DNA of 64,000 nt from Eledone cirrhosa. Taxonomy: Eukaryota. Location of the stretch: assembly GCA_964016885.1 (NCBI GenBank), contig OZ024741.1, positions 312,170,001 to 312,234,000 of the forward strand, in the 5' to 3' direction. Shown here in pieces: positions 55,601 to 64,000 of the stretch. The translations under genes were made by a program, and so were the position numbers. How positions within the stretch are numbered: the stretch's first letter is position 1; each line of letters opens with the position of its first letter. The notes under the pieces were generated by a model. The model searched no databases. It was not told the origin of the DNA and was given only the letters and a program-made list of their open reading frames with translations.

Positions 55601-58228
55601 AAGCAGTGTAAAAAGTCCCAAAACGGATCTTCTTGCTCTAAGATGTTTCCGAAGGACTATAACAATGCGACCAATTTTAACGAGGCTAACTACCCTAAAT
55701 ACAAGCGTAGAATGCCCGATAATAATGGTGGACTGGGGGAAATTCATCAGAAAGGTAAACAAAAGTGTGTGGTAACAAGCAGGGATGTTGTTCCACAAAT
55801 CTTTTTCTTGGCATCATATTTCAGTGCCACATTAACGTAGAGGTGGTGACCGAGGTCACTATATTTCAATATATTTTTAAATATATACTAAAAGGTGCCG
55901 ACCACATCAACTATGAGGTGGAAAAGGTCTGTGATGACCAGGAGAATGCTGTGGATGACCAGGAAAAGGACGAGGTTAGGTTATACCTTAACGGTAGGTA
56001 TATGTCCAGCGTTGAGGTGATGTGGTGGTTACTCTGCCTGGCCCAATACGGAATGTACCCCTCGATCCTAAAGGTGGATATCCACCTCGAAGGGAAACAA
56101 AAAGTTTTTTATGACCCCAAGTTAGCTAAACCCGATTCAAAAACCCTGAAAAAACTATCCAAGACGAAATTGACCGAATTTTTCACTCTCAATCGAGAAG
56201 ATGAAAAGGCCAACAATTTTTTGTACTTGGATATTCCGAAATTTTACGTCTGGATGGTCCAAGAAAGGTTTTGGAAGCGTCGGGTACAGGGCGAGAATGA
56301 TCCTGAGTTCGGCATGCCCAGGGGTGATCAGATATCCCGCATGCCGAACATTTTACCAAACTCAGCTGGTAATCAGGAAACCTTCGCCCTCTACCTTTTG
56401 CTTTTAAAAACAAAAGTTCCCAAGTGCTACACCGATCTCAGAACACTAGGCGATCAAGTTTTTCCGACCTTCAACGAGGCAGCAGTATTCCGCAAGCTCA
56501 TGGAGGCGGACAACGAAATCAGTTTAGTATTGCATGATGCTCAGATTTCGATGAGCCCTCGCATGATGCGGAGGATGTTCGCAATGCTTATCCACTTTTG
56601 GAAGCCGACTGACGCCCTGTCATTGTGGAATGACCACAAAGACTGGATGTCACATGATTTAGCCCGAGCAGACCCCACTGCTGATGTGGATATCATACAC
56701 AATAGGGCATTGCACCAGGTTTACGCTTACCTGCTAAATTACGGCACCAAAATGGATACTTGCAACCTTCCAAGGCCAATCAAGGAGGTTAGAGTGCCCG
56801 AGAATCAGAAAATTGGGATTTCTTATGAGAGCACAGCAAGCTCGGAGTCCATTTTGGAGGTTGAAAACTCCCTGAATGCTGATCAGCGGGCGCTCTATGA
56901 CTCCGTATTGGAATCGGTGAGGCAGAATTCGGGAAAAGACTTTTTCGTGGATGCACCCGGGGGAACTGGCAAGACTTATCTTATCAATGCAATAGTAGAA
57001 AAGGTTGCCAGTGAGCGTTACAAGGTGACTGCTTGCGCCTCATCTGGCATTGCGGCACTATTGCTTAAAGGCGGCACAACCTTGCACTCAAGGATGAAGT
57101 TGCCTTTGAATCCGCAAGATAAAACAGCGATTAGTATCCAGAAGGGATCAAAACTCGCAAAGGAACTTGCGAAACTTGACCTGATTATTTGGGACGAGGC
57201 CACCATGTTCAGTAGGGACCTGATGGAGTTTTTGGATAAAACTCTAAGATTCGTCCGCGGAGGGGTGGAACCATCCAAGAAAACCTTCGGAGGTGTCACC
57301 ATGCTACTCTCCGGCGATTGGCGACAAGTTCTCCCAGTTGTTCCTAATGGAGAGCGACCACAAATTGTCGCTTCTACTTTAAAAAATCACCCATCGTGGG
57401 ATACTTTCAACATTTTCAAGTTGAATACAAACATGAGGGTCAACGAGGTCGATCAGGCTTCCATTGATTTTAAAGCCCTCCCACGACTTTGAAGTTCCCC
57501 CTCAGTTTCTCATGACAGGTGACACGCCTGACCCATTGATAGATAGGATATACCCTGTGTCAACTAGATTGGGCGAGAATGATTATGTGAATTGGGTGAC
57601 CGATCAGGCAATCATTACTCCCACGAATAAGGATGTAGACGAGATCAATCAACAAGTTCTTGACAGATTGCCCGGTAGGGAAATAGTAATCCCTTCGTTT
57701 GATCGTAACCACGAGCAAACACACCGAAAGCATTATGTTTCAGTGGACACTTTTAACTCGATAGTTCTTCCTGGAATGCCGGCTCACCTTTTGAAACTGA
57801 AGATAGGTGCTCCGGTTATTCTTCTCAGAAACATATGTCCCGCCGAGGGACATTGCAACGGTACTCAATACGTTGTAAAAAATATCCACCCACGAATACT
57901 TGAACTCGAAGTAGCGGTGGGCCCTCGGATGGGACAATTGTTTCATTTGCCCAGAATTGAGCTTCACAGCGAAGAAGGGAGGGTTCCATTCGATTTTTAC
58001 CGGAAACAGTTTCCTGTTAAATTATCGTTTGAGATGACCTCCAACAAATCACAAGGGCAGACCATTACCCATGTTGGTATAAGCTGCCTGAATGATTTCT
58101 TTTCGCACGGCCAGTTCTATGTTGCACTAAGCAGGGTAACAAATCCGGCAAATGTTACGATTTTAGTTCCCGAAAACCAGAATGGTGTAGTAAAAAATGT
58201 TGTCTTTCCTGAGGTTTTTAGGAACTAA
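52647..58228 (+). pseudogene. Ulp1-like protease + basic coiled region + Zn finger + HUH Rep + Pif1 helicase; 4 TAG stops and ~4 frameshifts
   Basis: QQQTNGTDCGVFAI; CEHCGA..CCMNGKVKLP; FVTMTSNP, ESQKRGLPHVHALIW, YIFKYILKG; DAPGGTGKT, IWDEATM, GDWRQVLPV, NKSQGQT, HGQFYVALSRV. Confidence 0.92.
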
Positions 58229-58257
58229 AGTGTAACAATGTATTCATCGTTTATGCC

Positions 58258-58297
58258 AAACTGATGAGTCCTAAAAATGACGAAATACCTTATTTTT
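58258..58297 (+). ncRNA. Hammerhead core in Helitron 3' UTR
   Basis: aaa-CTGATGA-GTC ctaaaaat GAC-GAAA-TA cct TA-TT-ttt, core starting 33 nt after the stop codon; stems I/III short. Confidence 0.6.
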
Positions 58298-59318
58298 TTA
58301 AAAACGAAATCGAGGAGAAACAACCTTTCTAATTCTAATTTTGTTAAAAATTGAGGTATCTTTGGCTAACAAAATTAAATTCTAATTAAAATATTAATAG
58401 GAAAAAAATTCAAACAAAGTGCTGATTGACTCGCTGGGTAATTGACTCTGTTGATAATTGGCTCTCTTGATTACTCTCTTGATGCTTCTCATCTCTTGGT
58501 AATTTTAAAATATTAATTAAAAATAATAATTATTCAACAAATTATTATATAAGCTTTATAAAAAAAATAGATATACAAAACTGATATACAAAAATAGATA
58601 TACATATCTGTCTGTCTGTCTGTGTCTGTGATGCAGCAAATTTTGATCCGCAAAGCCGATTTTCAATTTTGTTTTTGTAATCAACCATAAATTTATCAGG
58701 GCAGGTCGGCACAATATTGCGAATAATTGACAACCGCTTTTTTTAGGTAAAAAATCGATAAAACTGACAATGGGTCAAACTTTGCACAGGTTTCTTCCAA
58801 TCTCTCACTACAGGCTGTGTGTTTGTCAACATCTGTTTTTAATGATGGTTCATATATCCTATTTCTTTGAAATGATGGTTCATATATCCTATTTCTTTGA
58901 CATTTTTTTACAGAGCTTCTTCTAGCATAAGACCTGTAATTGAGCAGCACAGGTTTTCAAAAATCGATATTGCGGCCTTTGGACATATATCAAAATTTGG
59001 ATTATTTTTGCCAATGTTCGTGATTAAGTATGACAAGAGTTATCTTTCTCCGCGACCAGCGTCTCCGATTTCGAACGCTGGTTTACACACACATAATTAA
59101 AATTTATTTAAGTTTAAGCCATCACGCGCTTTTAATGTTGTAAAAAAAATGTTTACCGTATAACGGATAACACCGAGCTCACATATTAATTATTTCGCCT
59201 AAAGTTTTCATGTTTACATAAAGTACGTATTTCTTCTATGTATTCAAATTTACTTTGTTTTCTTTAATGAGCTACATCGAAAGCTACTTCACCCGTCCAA
59301 AGGACGGGTACTAGATAG

Positions 59319-59944
59319 TCTACTTATAATATATAATGGGCATTTCTCTGTTTGTTTGTCTGTCTGTCTGTCCGTCTGAAATTTACACACCTATAGACGC
59401 GGTTTCAAATCTCTATGCTTTTCAAATTCATCTATTTATAATATATAATGGGCATTTCTCTGTTTGTTTGTCTGTCTGTCCGTCTGTAAAAAATGCCGAG
59501 GAAACAAATAGACGCAGTTTCAAATCTCTATGCTTTTCAAATTCATTACATTAATCTTTATTTATACGTTTCGCTTTACGAGTGTTTCGACTTACGAGTG
59601 TTTCGGCTTACGAGTGTTTCGGCTTATCATTATATATAAACGTTTCTATTTCCATCGTGTTATCGTAAACGTTTATATATTTCCATCGTTATATCATAAC
59701 GTTTATGTATCATAACGTTTATATTTCCGTCACTAATCTCTTTTTCTCCTTTTTCGTTTTAACATATATTTATTTCAAATATTTCACCGTATAGATAACA
59801 TATCTATTTATACATGCATGAAAGACACACCGAGAGACGGTGAACATGTGGTGCCGAAAACATTTCTCATCCAAATCGCAACAATATCAGTATATACACT
59901 AGATTTGCTAGCAAAAAACCGCCCACCGGGTGGTTTTCTGCTAG
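59319..59944 (+). mobile_element. Short Helitron module: distinct (duplicated) 5' end, same 3' end as the 1-kb elements
   Basis: TCtacttataatatataatgggcatttctctg (repeated at ~59430); 59740-59944 matches 51700-51903. Confidence 0.85.
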
Positions 59945-60911
59945 TCTACTTATATATATAACCAGCAATTTCTCTGTCTGTCTGTCCGACAGTGCAAACA
60001 CGTGCGTAGAGAGAGAGTGAGAGTGAAAGAAAGAAACAGACTACGAGAGAGGGATAGCGGGAGGGAGAGAGGGAGAGAGAGAGAGAGTGAATAGACGCTA
60101 AAACACGTGCTACAGAAATATTACCTTCCCCTTCCTTTATAGAAACATTACCTTCCCCTCTCCACTGACTTTGGTCACTGAGGCCGAGGGAATCGCTGGT
60201 TGCTATAGAGACACCTTGCACAAGCCAGAAGTAACCAGTTCGAAGCGGTTCAGACTTAACACCATGCGAAGAAGGTTGCCATTGAATTTGTGGTTTGAAG
60301 AAGGTTGCCATTGAATTTGTGGTTGTTGCTGCTGATAATAAGGACCATTTGAAGAAGGTTGCTGCTGATGAGGTAATTTATTAATCAGATTGCGCAGTTC
60401 CATAACCTACGTTTGATTTGTTAAATTTTTTTCTTCAATTTTTGTTGTTGTTATTTTTTATTTCTTATTGAAAAAATATAAATAATAAAATAAGTTTAGA
60501 AATTTAAATACAATTAAATACGATTTAATTTCCATTTCCAGCAGCCAATGTCCAGTGTTCAATTTCATGAAAAAATTGGAAATAATTAAAAAAATTGAAG
60601 TTTAACTTTTGAACATTTGTTTTGACAATAAAAAAATATTTCCTTATTCACACCTAATGGTATGATTAAAATTTCATAGGAATATTTTTTCTAACCGCCA
60701 GTTATTTATTTTCTCCTTTTTCGTTTTAACATATATTTGTTTCAAAGATTTCACCGTATAGATAACATATATATTTATACATGCATAAAAGACAAACTGA
60801 GAGATGGTGAACATGTGGTGCCGAAAACATTTCTCATCCAAATCTCAACAATATCAGTATATACACTAGATTTGCTAGCGGAAAACCACCCACCGGGTGG
60901 TTTTCTGCTAG
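59945..60911 (+). mobile_element. ~1-kb non-autonomous Helitron
   Basis: TCtactt..ctgCTAG; copy of 50878-51903. Confidence 0.9.
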
Positions 60912-61309
60912 TATATATATATAAAACTGATATTGTCTGTGTGTTTGTGTGTCCTCATTTTTGCAAAGTCTATACAAATCCACATTTCTACTCCGATTGA
61001 CTTCAAACTTGCATTTATATATTCCTTGCAGTCTAAAGATATTAACTGCTGGTTTTATTTTTCAATTTTCTGTTTTTAAAGGGGTGTTAGGCGCCGGTTA
61101 TCCATCTTCGTCGCGCTCTTATATTATCTGCCTGTATGCCTGGCTGACTGCATTACGACATACTGACGAATATTGATGACGTATTATGTTCGCTATTATC
61201 CGTTCATTACAGGGAACGTCTTCACGAACCAAAGTATCGTCTTCCTGTTTTCCTTCGGTTGCAACGTTTTTCGAAATATTTACTTCTGCGTTCACAGATT
61301 GATGTTTTT

Positions 61310-61360
61310 AGTTTCAGAAGATCCCGTTAAGGGTGAAAGCAAAGATTCTTTGCTTAAACT
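61310..61360 (+). ncRNA. Type I hammerhead, U4->A
   Basis: AGTTT-CAGAAGA-tCCC gttaa GGGt-GAAA-GCAAAG att CTTTGC-TT-AAACT. Confidence 0.7.
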
Positions 61361-61377
61361 TTAATCTGTTATTTTAA

Positions 61378-61446
61378 TCTATATATGTATATATATAAAA
61401 CTGAGGAAGTATGTATGTATGTGTGTATGTGTGTATGAGTGTATGT

Positions 61447-61497
<51 letters not shown>

Positions 61498-62753
61498 TGT
61501 GTGTGTGTGTGTGTGAAACCCGAGAAGTACCCAACCGATCTTTTTCATACTTTACATGTCTATTACGTTTATTTCAGGGACTGTTATGCACATAAGAAAA
61601 ATTCAACTTTTTGATCCCCTAGGGCTAGCATTCGGTGAAAAACTGCGTTTTTCCCAGCTTTTTAGAGGTTTTTTGAGGCGTTACGTCAGACCGATTTCCT
61701 TGAAATTGTAACTATGTATTAGTCAGTCTCTTCTTCATACTGTGAGCAAAGAAAATCCAACTTTTGTATGGCCTAGGGCCGGCATTAGGTGAAAAACTTA
61801 ATTTTTTTAGCTTTTTAGGGCGTATTTGAGACGTTACGTCTAGCGGATTTTTCCGAAATTTCAAGGCATATTGTACACATTAAAACATTTCATTTTCTTG
61901 ATCCCCTACGGCCCGCATTAGGTGAAAACCTGCCTTTTTCCTGATTCATCGAGGAAAATCTTAATTGCTCTAAATTCGTTTCCTTAAATGCAAAAGGTTA
62001 ACACACGACTATTCTTATATCAGGCCATGTAAAATTCAATACCATAGAAAAACAACAACCATCTTATCCAGTTAAAACATATCATTTTAAAGCAATAATG
62101 CATCGGTTCAGGTAATCTAAAGGCAGCGAATTGACAAAGTTGAAAGAACGTCGGATACAAAGTTGTGTTAATCGTTCGAGTTCCTTGCCCTATGAAGTCG
62201 AATTTCGCCTAGGTAACCATTGACTTTCTTCCTTTCAAAGTCAATAAAAAAGCACAAGTTTAGTATTGGGGTCGATTTCCCGTAAATATCACTTTCTCAT
62301 TTCCTTTCTCTCTTTGTCTCTCCTTCTCTAGAAAAATTAGGCTGTGATCAGAAATGGAAGAAAGATGGACTCGACCAGGTTGTAATATGCACAAAATCGC
62401 CACATGTCAATACAGCACCACTACAACTCCATCGGGAGTTATGGGTTCATAGATAAATAGAACATAGTCTGATGTACATTATATCTGCAATCACAAATGA
62501 AAATGTATAACTAGAAAGTCTTTGTTAATATGTATGGAAGTTCAAATAACAAAACCTTCTCTAGAGTTATGTATTGAGTTTAGCTATTTGCATTTTCAGG
62601 AACTCCTACGTGAGCCTTATCCATCCAGCCATCAGAATATTCGGTTTATTTTCTTTACATATTGTCCATGCATACACTTTTTCCACGATTAGATCTGCTG
62701 GCGGCCCGCGTTCCAAAATACTTTATCCCGTGCAACGCCGGATACCACTGCTA

Positions 62754-62754
<1 letters not shown>
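61378..62754 (+). mobile_element. Non-autonomous Helitron with internal sub-repeats (a related 5' end starts at 60912)
   Basis: 5' TCtatat..aaaactga..(GT)n; three repeats of cctagggc..gcatt.ggtgaaaa; 3' atcccgtgcaacgccggat-accactg-CTAG. Confidence 0.75.
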
Positions 62755-62834
<80 letters not shown>

Positions 62835-62858
62835 TATATATATTTATTTATTTATTTA

Positions 62859-62980
62859 TTAAAATAACAGATTAAATTTTAAGCAAAGTATCACTGCTTT
62901 CACCCTTAACAGGATCTTCTGAAGATCCCGTTAAGGTTGAAAGCAGCGATTCTTGCTTAAAATTTAATTTGTTATTTTAA
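62859..62980. repeat. 122-bp fold-back of the 61315-61377 HHR element
   Basis: Mirror about 62920; right arm CTGAAGA-tcccgttaaggtt-GAAA-gcagcgattcttgc-TT. Confidence 0.9.
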
Positions 62981-63081
62981 CAAATATTTTCTCTAGGGTT
63001 CTTATATATTCGATATATATTTATCTTTACCGAGACCTCTTTGGATTTTAGTCCTCACATTTATTATTATTACTATAACTA

Positions 63082-63380
<299 letters not shown>

Positions 63381-64000
63381 GGAGGGAGAGAGAGGGGGGC
63401 AGTTATACACACATACACACATACACACATACCGACCGACTACTACGGGTATTAAATCCACGTCAACTATTATTGTGGACCGCTACTGTTAGGTTGGAGA
63501 ATCAGGTGACAACATGACTAATAATGAAAATGAGAAAAATATTTGAGGACTGACAAGTATTTAAATTATTCAATAAGTGAATACAATAATAAATGAGTTA
63601 TTATCTTACCAAAAGTTGACTGCCATGTTAATACTATAATAAATCCAGCAATAGAAAGGCAGGACATTGCAAGCTGAGTTAAATTATAAATCGAAAGTGA
63701 GTAAATCTCCGAACGTTTTGTCTGAGTGGCGTTCCTCACGACGATACTAACTGAATTATCGTTAGCGTTCAGTGTCACGAGACGACGTGTGCACCCTTTG
63801 TGATAAACTTCAGTAGATTACTCATGTTGTATTTCACTATATAACTTGATTGCGTTTTTTTGCTTCAGTATTATGTATCTTTTTTACTTCAGAATTATGT
63901 AAGACTAACATTTTAATCGTAAAAGATTAAATAAAAGAAAAAGAGAGGTTATAAGTCTTAATCCGTATGGCGAGCAAATGGGGTTCAACGTGCTAGCCTC

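Larger units (their letters stand above)
51904..59318 (+). mobile_element. Near-complete autonomous-type Helitron
   Basis: 5' TC at 51904; RepHel ORF; 3' hairpin ACCCGTCC aaa GGACGGGT (59291-59309) followed by ctagatag. Confidence 0.92.

Overview
Eukaryotic, transposon-saturated DNA with no intact host gene. The abundant tRNA-derived SINE and the (TA)n/(CA)n/(CATA)n load suggest an octopod cephalopod; this is inferred from recognition, not a database match. The backbone is a decaying minus-strand array of symmetric phase-1 laminin-type EGF exons (MEGF10/SCARF/Draper-like) with duplicated intron blocks. Inserted into it are three Penelope-like elements (PLEs), two R4/Dong-type LINEs next to (CATA)n, CRE, RTE and CR1 LINE fragments, a hAT relic and several Helitrons. 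One Helitron is near-complete, has an N-terminal Ulp1-like protease and sits in a head-to-tail array. The signal invisible to the ORF track is about 20 type-I/minimal hammerhead ribozyme (HHR) motifs, intact to degenerate. Most lie in short non-coding fold-back or tandem elements in (TA)n tracts, including a 537-nt retrozyme-like tandem unit, and one clean core lies just after the Helitron stop codon. All calls are by eye; element boundaries are approximate to tens of bp.
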